Under the pieces are notes generated by a model that made no database searches, was not told where the DNA came from, and saw only the letters and a program-made list of their open reading frames with translations. The position numbers were made by a program, and so were the translations under genes. Shown piece by piece: positions 15,833 through 24,492 of a stretch of 32,000 nt of DNA (positions within the stretch are counted from its first letter, which is position 1; the number at the start of each line of letters is the position of its first letter). Source of the stretch: Candidatus Saccharimonadota bacterium (GTDB lineage: Archaea > Nanohalarchaeota > Nanosalinia > Nanosalinales > Nanosalinaceae); assembly GCF_047555085.1 (NCBI RefSeq), contig NZ_CP180230.1, forward strand, positions 540,001 to 572,000, given 5' to 3'.

Positions 15833-16734
15833 TCTATCACTTCGTAGTCGTCGATCTCCCCATCCCCGTTCATATCCAGTCCCTGTACTACTCTGTAAAA
15901 ATCCCCTTCGCTGTAGTTATCTACTAGGCTTTCCAGGTTTTTGAAGGCTAGCACCGCAGCCTCTGTACCAGAATTTCTGACACCGGCTACAAGGAAAACA
16001 GCTTCGTCCTCGTTTTCAGGATTAGTCGTCTTCGCAACCACGCCGATAGCGTCCTCGCTGTAGGAGGTTTCTGGCGTACTTATCTCCCTGTATGGAAAAT
16101 TTTCTCCCTCAAAACTTACAGGAAAGGCCTCGTTGAACCTCCGTGTAATCGTGTTAGTCAGTACTCCGCCGATAAGTATCATGCTGTCTTCAAAGAGAGA
16201 ATCACGAACGATCTCTGTATCCAGGAAAACATTTTTTCCATCGGCTTCTCCAAACTTTCCGACCTCTAGGCCTATCTCGCCTGCCAGATGTCCGTCACGG
16301 GCCTGTACCTTGTCCGGGCCGTGCTGTTCCGGGGAGCCTACTACTATACGGCCTCTAACTTCTCCGTTCCGTATGAAAGGCCTGAGAAAACTTTCTGCTT
16401 TGGCATCGATTACAGGCCTGAAATTTTCTTCTCCAGAAGCTCCTGTGTCGAAGACGTAGGAAGGTGCTGAAGCAGCGTAAAGCGTTGCTGATCCTCCAGA
16501 AACTTTCTTTTCATCTGTCTGCTCGATCAGGCCCGAGTCCTCCAGCTTGTTGAAGTGGTAGTAAATCTTCTGTTTCTCCAGGCCCAGTTCCCTGGCTACC
16601 TCTCTAGGATACATTTCCTCCTCGGCCAGAAGTTCTATAATTTTTCTCCGTGTATCATCTGAAAGAGCCTTCAACTTTTCCTCGTCAAGCTCCTGAGAAT
16701 CTACGGTTTCGTTGCCTCGAAAAAGCTTCACCAT
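15829..16734 (-). CDS. ArsR-like winged-helix transcriptional regulator with a large C-terminal domain
   Basis: The track ORF starts at the TTG at 16758, and I prefer the ATG at 16734. The wHTH is LSDDTRRKIIELLAEEEMYPREVARELGLEKQKIYYHFNKLEDSGLIE. The roughly 210-aa C-terminal domain has unknown function. Confidence 0.7.
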   Translation of the reverse strand: MVKLFRGNETVDSQELDEEKLKALSDDTRRKIIELLAEEEMYPREVARELGLEKQKIYYHFNKLEDSGLIEQTDEKKVSGGSATLYAASAPSYVFDTGASGEENFRPVIDAKAESFLRPFIRNGEVRGRIVVGSPEQHGPDKVQARDGHLAGEIGLEVGKFGEADGKNVFLDTEIVRDSLFEDSMILIGGVLTNTITRRFNEAFPVSFEGENFPYREISTPETSYSEDAIGVVAKTTNPENEDEAVFLVAGVRNSGTEAAVLAFKNLESLVDNYSEGDFYRVVQGLDMNGDGEIDDYEVIE

Positions 16735-16870
16735 TTTGAACAGTACTACACTGGTCAAAGAACTTTTTTACTGCTTTCGGTGGTTTTCTGCTCTCCACAT
16801 TATAAGACTTGTGGAAAAACATAGAATCCGGTACAAGGCCTATAGTACCGGTTTTTCAGGGTTTCAGAGC

Positions 16871-16880
16871 TTTTATTAAT
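16871..16880 (+). promoter_or_regulatory. Candidate TATA box for glmS
   Basis: TTTTATTAAT is centred about 31 nt upstream of the MCGIVG start codon (16906), consistent with a leaderless or near-leaderless transcript. Confidence 0.35.
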
Positions 16881-16905
16881 GAGGGATGCTTATTTGTGTA
16901 CAGCG

Positions 16906-18627
16906 ATGTGTGGGATTGTAGGATACTATGGACAGGACGAGGCCTCGGACAAGATTTATAGAGGCCTGAAGAAGCTTGAGTACAGAGGATATGACTCGGC
17001 AGGAATGGCTACTGCAGGAAATCCGACGATAAAAGTTGAGAAAGCTGTTGGAACAGTTGATAACGTCAGGCCGGAGATCGATGGTACTTCCGGTATCGGA
17101 CATACACGATGGGCCACTCACGGCGGCGTTACAGAGGAGAACGCTCATCCTCATGTAAGCCAGGAGGAGAGAGTTGCTGTTGTCCACAACGGAATAATCG
17201 AAAACTATCGCGAGATCCAGGAGGAACACCTTGAAGATGTCGATTTCAAGTCGGAGACGGATACAGAAGTTATTCCTCATCTTCTGGAGAAAAAACTAGA
17301 GAACAACAGCATAACGGACGCTATCAGAGAAGTTATAGATATACTTGAAGGAAATTATGCGGTTTCTGCAGTACTTAATACCGGCGAGCTTATAGCTTTC
17401 AGGAAAGGCTCTCCTCTTGTACTGGGCCTGACAGACGATGAATACTTTATCGCATCCGACGTTACACCGTTCCTTGAGCATACTGATCAGGCAGTTTTCC
17501 TGAAGGATGATGATTACATGGTGATCGATGGAGATCACAGAATATTTAACGACGGCGAGGAAGTCGATAGAGAAGTTCAGAAGATAGACTGGGATGCAGA
17601 ACAGGCCTCGAAAGAAGGATACGACCACTTCATGGAAAAAGAGATCAGAGAGCAGCCTAAAACCGTGAAAAGAGCTGCTTTTCAGGACAGAAGCGATATG
17701 GAGGAAGCTAGAAGAATGATTGAAGAAGCCGACAACGTTTACATTACAGGATGCGGGACGGCCAGTTTCGCAGCTTCCCTTGGAGCAAGGTATCTGAGAG
17801 AAGCCGGATCTAAAGTACATACAGAACAGGCCCACGAACTTGAGTACAGAAAAGATGAGATAAAAGAAGATGATCTTGTTATAGCTGTCAGTCAGAGCGG
17901 AGAGACAGCTGATCTACTTTCACTGCTTGAAGAAGTTGATTCAGATGTACTGGCTGTAGTCAATGTCGTTGGATCAACACTTGCACGTCAATCAGAACAC
18001 AAGTTATACGTTAACGCCGGGCCTGAAATCGGAGTTGCCAGTACGAAAGCATTCACCGCCCAGCTTGCTGTACTGCGTCTAATATCTTACACTTTACAGG
18101 ACAGGCTTGAGGAAGGACGTGAAAAGCTTCTGGATACTGCAGAAAAGATCGATGATGTTCTTGAGAGGAACAAGAAATCTGTGCAGGAATTAAGCGAATA
18201 TCTTACAGATAAGGACCACGTGTACTTCATAGGAAGGAATCATGGATACGACATGGCCAGAGAAGCTAATCTGAAGCTGAAAGAGCTTTCCTACATCCAT
18301 GCAGAGGCCTTTCCAGGCGGAGAGTTCAAGCACGGTACTCTGGCTCTTGTAGAGAACGGTACACCCGTAGTATCCTTCCTCAAGGACGATCATTTCGAGG
18401 CTGCTTACTCAAACATGATGGAGGCTCATTCACGTGGAGCTGATATAATCTCTGTAGGAACGAGGGAAGTTGAGGAATCGAAGGCTCACATCAGTGTTCC
18501 TGAGGATGAGAACGCGGAGATACTTGAGATTGTGCCTTTCCAGATGGCGTCATATCTGACATCAGTGAAGAAAGGAAACAATCCTGATAAGCCACGGAAT
18601 CTGGCGAAGTCAGTTACCGTGAAATAA
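16906..18627 (+). CDS. glmS: Glutamine--fructose-6-phosphate aminotransferase (isomerising)
   Basis: The track ORF 16879.. was trimmed to give the obligatory N-terminal Met-Cys (MCGIVGYYG). It has a class II glutamine amidotransferase domain, two SIS domains (ITGCGTAS, VSQSGETADL) and a C-terminal KPRNLAKSVTVK. Confidence 0.97.
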   Translation: MCGIVGYYGQDEASDKIYRGLKKLEYRGYDSAGMATAGNPTIKVEKAVGTVDNVRPEIDGTSGIGHTRWATHGGVTEENAHPHVSQEERVAVVHNGIIENYREIQEEHLEDVDFKSETDTEVIPHLLEKKLENNSITDAIREVIDILEGNYAVSAVLNTGELIAFRKGSPLVLGLTDDEYFIASDVTPFLEHTDQAVFLKDDDYMVIDGDHRIFNDGEEVDREVQKIDWDAEQASKEGYDHFMEKEIREQPKTVKRAAFQDRSDMEEARRMIEEADNVYITGCGTASFAASLGARYLREAGSKVHTEQAHELEYRKDEIKEDDLVIAVSQSGETADLLSLLEEVDSDVLAVVNVVGSTLARQSEHKLYVNAGPEIGVASTKAFTAQLAVLRLISYTLQDRLEEGREKLLDTAEKIDDVLERNKKSVQELSEYLTDKDHVYFIGRNHGYDMAREANLKLKELSYIHAEAFPGGEFKHGTLALVENGTPVVSFLKDDHFEAAYSNMMEAHSRGADIISVGTREVEESKAHISVPEDENAEILEIVPFQMASYLTSVKKGNNPDKPRNLAKSVTVK

Positions 18628-18673
18628 GGCCTTTTTCGAAAGATTTATACCGTTAGAGGCCTCTGGATAGTCC

Positions 18674-19180
18674 ATGACTAACAGAAAGATTGTCTTCGGA
18701 CTTGTACTGCTGACTCTTTTCATGGCTCAGGGAGCAGCACAGGAGAAAACACTGGAGCCTGTAAACTTTACACAGTTTAACGATACTTCTGGAAACTCGT
18801 CTTCAGGTGTCGAGCTCGATGTTCTGAAGCAGGTATTCAACGATAACTCCGATCAGCTTCCGTCGTTCGCCGCATCCCTGATAGGAGATCAGACTGTCAG
18901 AGTTAACATGTCCGGTATCGATGATGAAGGCCTTCTTGAGGAAAACTCGTTAAGCTTCAGAACTTCAGGCAGGAACATCACAGAGATCAAATGGGGCAGC
19001 TACAACGGCACTACACTGGAGATAAGCATCACTCAGGAGAACCTGGAGAGACTTATGGAGTCGGAACAGCCTGTAGTAGAGGCCTCACAGATGCTTAAAA
19101 ACGGGGATATAGAATACGAGACCTACACCTTCACTAACAGCATCAAGTTCGGTATTCTGGAGTTCTTCCTCGGACTGTAG
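18674..19180 (+). CDS. Hypothetical secreted protein
   Basis: 168 aa. The N-terminal signal-peptide-like segment is MTNRKIVFGLVLLTLFMAQGAAQE. There are several N-x-S/T sequons. Confidence 0.55.
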   Translation: MTNRKIVFGLVLLTLFMAQGAAQEKTLEPVNFTQFNDTSGNSSSGVELDVLKQVFNDNSDQLPSFAASLIGDQTVRVNMSGIDDEGLLEENSLSFRTSGRNITEIKWGSYNGTTLEISITQENLERLMESEQPVVEASQMLKNGDIEYETYTFTNSIKFGILEFFLGL

Positions 19181-19231
19181 AAAAGTAAAAGAAACGGAGG
19201 AGAAATTTCTCTCCCTTATATTATTTCTATT

Positions 19232-19921
19232 TCAGCGTTCTGATGACATGACGACTACTTTTGCATCAGTTTGAGATTCTACATCGTCCTTGAACCTGTT
19301 TGTATCAGCTGTCGTCTCGTCTATATATCCATAATGGATCGGAACAACTTTTCCAGGCCTTGAAAGTTTTACAGCAGTAACTGCTTCATCCTGATTCATC
19401 GTGTAATGTCCTCCAACAGGCATAAATGCTACATCAACGTTTTCTTCCGCTAAATCCTCCATTTCCGGCACAGGATCTGTATCAGAGGCATGGTAAAATG
19501 TTACGCCGTCAAGATCAAATATTACTCCTGTACAGAGGCCTTGTGGATGGAAGATTTCATCTGCTTCCCTGTATTCTTCCATGTTGTAGGCTTCTACGCC
19601 CCTGAATCTGTGATCCTTGGCTTTTACAGTTGTTCCGGGCCTGAGAACTTTTGCCTCGAGATCTTCGGGCACTTCGTCTTCAGAATCTTCAGTGCATATC
19701 ACCACTGTACCTCGTTTTTTCAGGGCCTGTATAGCTTTCTTGTTGAAGTGATCAAAATGGCTGTGAGTTGAAATTATTACATCAGCCTTATCTTCTTCGG
19801 ACATATCACCCATGACTTCACTCCAGGGATCAACGTACACCGTGAACCCGTCGGAATCCTCAAGTTTTACCGATGCATGACCGTACCAGGTAGCCTCCAC
19901 AGAATCAAATAACTCGCTCAT
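19232..19921 (-). CDS. MBL-fold metal-dependent hydrolase (UPF0173-like)
   Basis: The track ORF was trimmed to the ATG at 19921 (MSELFDSVEATWYGHASVKL). The metal-ligand motifs STHSHFDH, YHASDT, GGHYTM and PIHYG are intact. Confidence 0.8.
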   Translation of the reverse strand: MSELFDSVEATWYGHASVKLEDSDGFTVYVDPWSEVMGDMSEEDKADVIISTHSHFDHFNKKAIQALKKRGTVVICTEDSEDEVPEDLEAKVLRPGTTVKAKDHRFRGVEAYNMEEYREADEIFHPQGLCTGVIFDLDGVTFYHASDTDPVPEMEDLAEENVDVAFMPVGGHYTMNQDEAVTAVKLSRPGKVVPIHYGYIDETTADTNRFKDDVESQTDAKVVVMSSER

Positions 19922-19988
19922 AATATAACACCATCTAGAACATGTCAAGACAATCATATCAAGTTAACGGAAAAACTTTTCGAGGCCT

Positions 19989-20585
19989 CTAATCCCCGAT
20001 AAATCTGCATGCAATATTCCTGTCCTCGAGATCTGCCTTCAAGTTGTCCCTGTTGAGGCCTTCCCCGAATCCTCCGCCGAAAAGATACGGGACAACTATA
20101 TCCGGCTTAATCCTTACAGCAGTCCTTACAACATCCTCAATATCAACTTCTGTAGAGGCCTGCAAAAATGCTAGATCGACACGATTCTCCAGTTCTATAA
20201 CATCTTCACGGAAACCGGAGTTCCCTGTAGCGTAGAAAGAGGTTCCCTGCATATCGAAGCGGTAGGAAAGGCCTTCACCGCTCTCCAAGGTCTCGATCTC
20301 CACACTGAAGATATCAAGAGTCTCGCCGGCTTCAACGAATTCAACGTCCTGACACGGGATTTCTTTACCGTTCAAAGAGTTCGGGAGTACAACACATGTT
20401 CCACGTCCGCATACATTTTTCAGGGCCTCAAAGTCAAAGCATTCCTCGGCAGTAATCAGAACTATACCGGCCTCGAAACGCGGCGACTGCGGACCTGGAT
20501 CCACCGCTACAGTGAACTCTCTGTCCCGTACACGCAGCGATGCACCGCCATCCCAGAACACTTCAAATCCATTGTGTTCAAACAA
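19989..20585 (-). CDS. MBL-fold paralog with degenerate metal-binding motifs (likely non-catalytic)
   Basis: 198 aa from a TTG start, so the start is uncertain. It is collinear with the neighbouring MBL gene (FWDGGASLRV..FTVAVDPG; VDLAFLQ; DIVVPYLFG). However, HSHFDH is replaced by AEECFDF and the later His ligands are lost. Confidence 0.6.
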   Translation of the reverse strand: MFEHNGFEVFWDGGASLRVRDREFTVAVDPGPQSPRFEAGIVLITAEECFDFEALKNVCGRGTCVVLPNSLNGKEIPCQDVEFVEAGETLDIFSVEIETLESGEGLSYRFDMQGTSFYATGNSGFREDVIELENRVDLAFLQASTEVDIEDVVRTAVRIKPDIVVPYLFGGGFGEGLNRDNLKADLEDRNIACRFIGD

Positions 20586-20744
20586 AAGTAGTTGACACCC
20601 TTTAACCTCCCTGTGAAAGGCCTGTAAGCCGTATACTTAAATCTATTACCTGTAAAAAATCTGAAGAGAAAAAATCCGGAGGCTATACTTAATAAAAATT
20701 AGCCACCTCAAATCTTGTTACAAGGCCTAGTCGCGTTATCTGAC

Positions 20745-20759
20745 GCGGGGGTAGCCAAG
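20745..20759 (+). repeat. 15-nt direct repeat copying the 5' end of tRNA-Leu
   Basis: GCGGGGGTAGCCAAG at 20745-20759 is identical to 20803-20817, the first 15 nt of tRNA-Leu, with a period of 58 nt. Confidence 0.85.
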
Positions 20760-20802
20760 AGTTTCTTGCCAACCCAAGCCTTCATCCAGCATAATACGGT
20801 AT

Positions 20803-20885
20803 GCGGGGGTAGCCAAGTGGTCAAAGGCGCAGGACTTAGGATCCTGTCGGTTAGCCGTTCGCAGGTTCGAATCCTGTCCCCTGCA
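20803..20885 (+). tRNA. tRNA-Leu (anticodon UAG), class II with a long variable arm
   Basis: The sequence is GCGGGGGTAGCCAAGTGGTCAAAGGCGCAGGACTTAGGATCCTGTCGGTTAGCCGTTCGCAGGTTCGAATCCTGTCCCCTGCA. The anticodon stem is CAGGA/TCCTG with loop CTTAGGA, the variable arm is CGG-TTAG-CCG, and the T loop is TTCGAAT. Confidence 0.9.
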
Positions 20886-20981
20886 TTTCCTTCTGGAATA
20901 ATTTCTCAAGTTAAATCGGTGGAAAAACTTTTTCAGACGTTTTAAGAGTTGCTAGTTATTTCATAGGCCTTGAACAGTATT

Positions 20982-21302
20982 ATGGATTCAAAATTTGTGA
21001 TTTTCGGTAAGTGGGATAACCACGGGAATGATAGAAATCTTCGTTTGACGGCGCAGGACAGTCAGAAAGTTGACAGTGATGTGGAGCTAGTGTTCAAACA
21101 CGGGAACAAGCATGTATCGGATATAGAGAACGTTTCTGATCTTAAAGATGTTATAGAGTTCGCTTCTAGGAGGCCTGTCGAAGGATTTGGCATGGATGAG
21201 GCCTGTAAAGCGATTGAGCTTTTCAACGAGTATTACAGGGCTGAGATGGATCCTGAGGAAGCTCTCAATGGATGGAAGCTGGACAGAAAGATCAAGTCCT
21301 GA
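20982..21302 (+). CDS. Hypothetical protein
   Basis: The track ORF (TTG at 20970) was trimmed to the ATG at 20982. It is 106 aa with no recognised family. Confidence 0.5.
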   Translation: MDSKFVIFGKWDNHGNDRNLRLTAQDSQKVDSDVELVFKHGNKHVSDIENVSDLKDVIEFASRRPVEGFGMDEACKAIELFNEYYRAEMDPEEALNGWKLDRKIKS

Positions 21303-21357
21303 AACTTCGAATATCAAATTGATTTTTTAATGCAGGCCTTACAATAGTACTTGTAAA

Positions 21358-22011
21358 ATGGGATTTTTTGCTGAGTTCAAGAAAAGTTTCATTTCAGGCC
21401 TTGTAATGGCTCTGCCTTTTATCCTGACACTTGTTATAGTTGGATTTGTCGTTGAATGGGCTTCATTCTTGATTGATCCTGTTGTTCAGGCTACAGGCCT
21501 TATACAGTTTACAGGGAATTTTGAGTTGCTTGCACGTTCTATCGCTGCATTTATAGTTGTAATTTTGCTGGCAGGTCTTGGTTTTATCTCGAATAAGACG
21601 CCACGCTCCAGGTTCAGAGTGTTTATCCGCCGTGTAATCAGCGATATTCCTCTGCTTGGTTCTATCTACGTTACAATTACTCATATTTCCGAGTCTATGC
21701 GTGGTACTGAAAGCAGGTTCAAGAAGATTGTTCTGCTTGAGTATCCGAAAGACGGTATCTACACACTTGGCCTTGTCACGGCTGATGCACCAAGCCAGAT
21801 TGAGGACGAGGTTGCCGAGGATGCTGTCTCAGTCTTCATACCTTTCAGCCCTAATCCTACAATGGGCAGTCTAATCATGATCTCGGAGGAAGACTTCGTT
21901 GAACTTGATATGAGCGTCAGGAAAGGCCTCAAGCTTCTTCTAACTACAGGAATCTCATTCGAGGAAAAAGAGATACCTGAAAGCGTTAGAGGACGGATCA
22001 AAGAGCTCTAG
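21358..22011 (+). CDS. DUF502-family membrane protein
   Basis: 217 aa. It has two N-terminal TM helices, then DIPLLGSIYVTITHISESM and a soluble C-terminal domain (YPKDGIYTLGLVT...PFSPNPTMG), as in the DUF502 family. Confidence 0.75.
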   Translation: MGFFAEFKKSFISGLVMALPFILTLVIVGFVVEWASFLIDPVVQATGLIQFTGNFELLARSIAAFIVVILLAGLGFISNKTPRSRFRVFIRRVISDIPLLGSIYVTITHISESMRGTESRFKKIVLLEYPKDGIYTLGLVTADAPSQIEDEVAEDAVSVFIPFSPNPTMGSLIMISEEDFVELDMSVRKGLKLLLTTGISFEEKEIPESVRGRIKEL

Positions 22012-22023
22012 ACAGAAAATTTA

Positions 22024-22461
22024 TCATTCTGAAGCCTTTTCTCTTTCAAGCCTGTATAGATCATCAGACACGTAGCTCTCGATAAGCAGAAGGATATTGT
22101 ACGTGAAAGTTGTGTTGGCACCTATCAAGAGAGCGAGATAGCTCAGCTCTATACCTTCCAGGCCAGTTATCATCAGGTAGCTTATGAATACAGTTCCCAG
22201 CGAGGCCAGTATATGTATCATTGAACCTATAACCATGTCTGTATCCGGCGTAGAACTTACACGTGATAAAATATCTCTGAACGCCAGTGCAGCAAGCATG
22301 CTGAATCCTATAACTCCTCCAAGGACGAAGAATAAAACATCCAAAGCCATTAAGTCAAAAGTCTGAAGCAGAAGAGCTCCTGACCCCCAGACCGATAAAG
22401 TATATCCATAGGCCTCTGACTCGGATTTCACGTTTTCTCTAAGCCGTCTTGACGGATTCAT
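22024..22461 (-). CDS. Hypothetical 4-TM membrane protein
   Basis: 145-aa ORF with four hydrophobic segments. It is convergent with the DUF502 gene. Confidence 0.55.
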   Translation of the reverse strand: MNPSRRLRENVKSESEAYGYTLSVWGSGALLLQTFDLMALDVLFFVLGGVIGFSMLAALAFRDILSRVSSTPDTDMVIGSMIHILASLGTVFISYLMITGLEGIELSYLALLIGANTTFTYNILLLIESYVSDDLYRLEREKASE

Positions 22462-22553
22462 GATAAACGGTATCTCCGGGATATGTTATAATGTTTTCGA
22501 AATCGAGAGGCCTCTGGAGACAAGTTTTATCTTGAAGCTGTACGAAGTAAGGA

Positions 22554-23306
22554 ATGAAGAGTATGGGCCTGATAAATCTGGATGAAGTCGAGAAGACGTA
22601 TCAGCTCGGTGAGACAACTGTTAACGCGTTGCGAGGATCAGATGTTGAGATAGAGGAAGGTGAGTTCGTGGCAGTTATGGGGCCTTCCGGCTCGGGAAAA
22701 TCCACTTTGATGAATATGATAGGCGCTCTCGATACTCCTACCAGCGGATCTGTTTCTATAGATGAAGAGGAGATTTCAGGCCTTTCCGAAGATGAGCTTG
22801 CACTGTTGAGAAGCAAGAAAGTTGGATTTGTTTTCCAGGAATTTAATCTTCTGAACTCGATGAATGCTATGCAGAACGTGGCTCTCCCCATGATATTCAG
22901 AGGTACTCCCAAGAAGAAGCGTGTGGCACGGGCCTCTGATCTTCTTGAAAGAGTAGGTCTCGGCGACAGAAAAGATTTCAGGCCTTCCGAGCTTTCCGGA
23001 GGTCAGCGTCAGAGAGTTTCTATCGCAAGATCACTGGCTAATGATCCTGAAATAATACTTGCTGATGAGCCTACAGGTAATCTTGATACAGAGACAGGTG
23101 AGTCAATCATGAAGCTTCTTACGGAGTTGAATGATCAGGGGAAGACGATTATAATGGTTACTCATGATCCTAACGATGCTGAGTATGCTGATCGTGTTAT
23201 AGAGATAGTTGATGGCGTTACAAATCCTGAAGCTGAAGAAAGTTCTCAGGAAGAACTTAAACATAAAGGCGATAAAGAAGAAACTGAGGAGGATAAAGAT
23301 GAATAG
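22554..23306 (+). CDS. ABC transporter ATP-binding protein (MacB/LolD/FtsE-like)
   Basis: Walker A is GPSGSGKST, the signature is LSGGQRQRVSIARSL, Walker B is ILADEPTGNLD, and the H-loop is VTHD. It has an acidic C-terminal tail. Confidence 0.93.
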   Translation: MKSMGLINLDEVEKTYQLGETTVNALRGSDVEIEEGEFVAVMGPSGSGKSTLMNMIGALDTPTSGSVSIDEEEISGLSEDELALLRSKKVGFVFQEFNLLNSMNAMQNVALPMIFRGTPKKKRVARASDLLERVGLGDRKDFRPSELSGGQRQRVSIARSLANDPEIILADEPTGNLDTETGESIMKLLTELNDQGKTIIMVTHDPNDAEYADRVIEIVDGVTNPEAEESSQEELKHKGDKEETEEDKDE

Positions 23307-24480
23307 GAAAAATTTTGTTTTGATTGCCCTGGTCTTATTGACAGGGTTTGCGACAGCTCAAACTTCAGTAAATCTTGATGTTGATAAAGTTAATATGGAG
23401 CCTGTTCCGCTCCAGACATCTGAATATGCTGATATCTGGCTTGAAGTGACTAATGACGGTGACACCGAGGCAGAGGATGTTGAACTGGAGTTCACGGAGA
23501 ACTATCCTTTTTCCGTCGATCGTGGGGACAGGAAAAGCTGGGATGTTGGAACGCTGGTTCCAGGGGAAGAGTATCTTGTACATCTCCAGACGCGTGTAGA
23601 TGAGAATGCTGTTCAGGGAGTTAACGAAATAGAGTTCAGGACTACTTCCAGCTCCGGTATCTCAGTTACACACAGTGTGCCTGTTGAGGTCAGAAGCGAT
23701 AACGATCTTCTCACAATCTCAGATGTAGAGTTCCCGGCAACAGTCGCACCAGGTTCAGACGAAGAAATGACTTTTTCGATAAACAATCTTGCTGACGGCC
23801 AGATAAAGAATATTGAAGTGAAACTGGATCTTTCAAACGTCCCGATAGCGACATCAGGCACAACTTCACAGGCAGTAACTAAACTTGAATCCGATTCCAG
23901 TACAGAGGCCTCATTTGAGCTCAACATCGATGAATCTGCTGAAAACAGCGTTCACAAGATACCTGTATCTATGACGTATGAAAACGAGGCCGGCACAGAG
24001 TTCACAAGAGAGACCACTGTCGGAGCTGTAATAGGAGGGCAGCCTGATCTAAAGGCAGGCCTCAACGGTGTAGAATCCGAGCTTACACCAGGTTCAACAG
24101 GCACGGTTACTATCAGACTTGTTAATCAGGGCCGTGGATCAGCAGACTTCGTGGAGCTGAATATCGAGGACTCAGAAGAGTTTGAAGTGCTTTCTCCTAA
24201 CTCGGTTTATCTGGGAAGCATGGATGCTGACGACTATCAAACAGCAGACTTCCAGATACATGTATCATCGGAAGCAGAAAATATCTCAGCTCCTGTACAG
24301 ATTTCTTACAGTGATGCAGCAGGCGAAGAATCACTTACGCAGAGCGTTGAGATCCCTGTATACACACAGAGTCAGCTTCAGAGCTATGGATTAGCCAGCA
24401 GCGGAAGCCCGCTACCTCTGATCATTGTTATCGTATTAATCGGCGGAGGAGTCTACTACTGGAGGAAAAAGCGATCTTAA
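23299..24480 (+). CDS. Surface protein with CARDB/COG1361-like beta-sandwich repeats and a C-terminal TM anchor
   Basis: The track ORF 23209.. was trimmed to the ATG at 23299 (MNRKNFVLIALVLLTGFATAQT, a signal peptide). It has repeated V-x-V-x-N-x-G-type modules and the C-terminal anchor PLPLIIVIVLIGGGVYYWRKKRS. It overlaps the ATPase gene by 8 nt. Confidence 0.7.
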   Translation: MNRKNFVLIALVLLTGFATAQTSVNLDVDKVNMEPVPLQTSEYADIWLEVTNDGDTEAEDVELEFTENYPFSVDRGDRKSWDVGTLVPGEEYLVHLQTRVDENAVQGVNEIEFRTTSSSGISVTHSVPVEVRSDNDLLTISDVEFPATVAPGSDEEMTFSINNLADGQIKNIEVKLDLSNVPIATSGTTSQAVTKLESDSSTEASFELNIDESAENSVHKIPVSMTYENEAGTEFTRETTVGAVIGGQPDLKAGLNGVESELTPGSTGTVTIRLVNQGRGSADFVELNIEDSEEFEVLSPNSVYLGSMDADDYQTADFQIHVSSEAENISAPVQISYSDAAGEESLTQSVEIPVYTQSQLQSYGLASSGSPLPLIIVIVLIGGGVYYWRKKRS

Positions 24481-24492
24481 AGGCCTGAGAAG

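Noticed and set aside
16759-16905. glmS ribozyme upstream of glmS
   Set aside because: The leader is too short (TATA-like box about 31 nt from the ATG), there is no ribozyme-like core, and this element is a bacterial feature.
20715-20945. Track ORF 20715..20945 (+)
   Set aside because: It reads straight through tRNA-Leu (20803..20885) and the upstream tRNA-fragment repeat, so it is an artefact.
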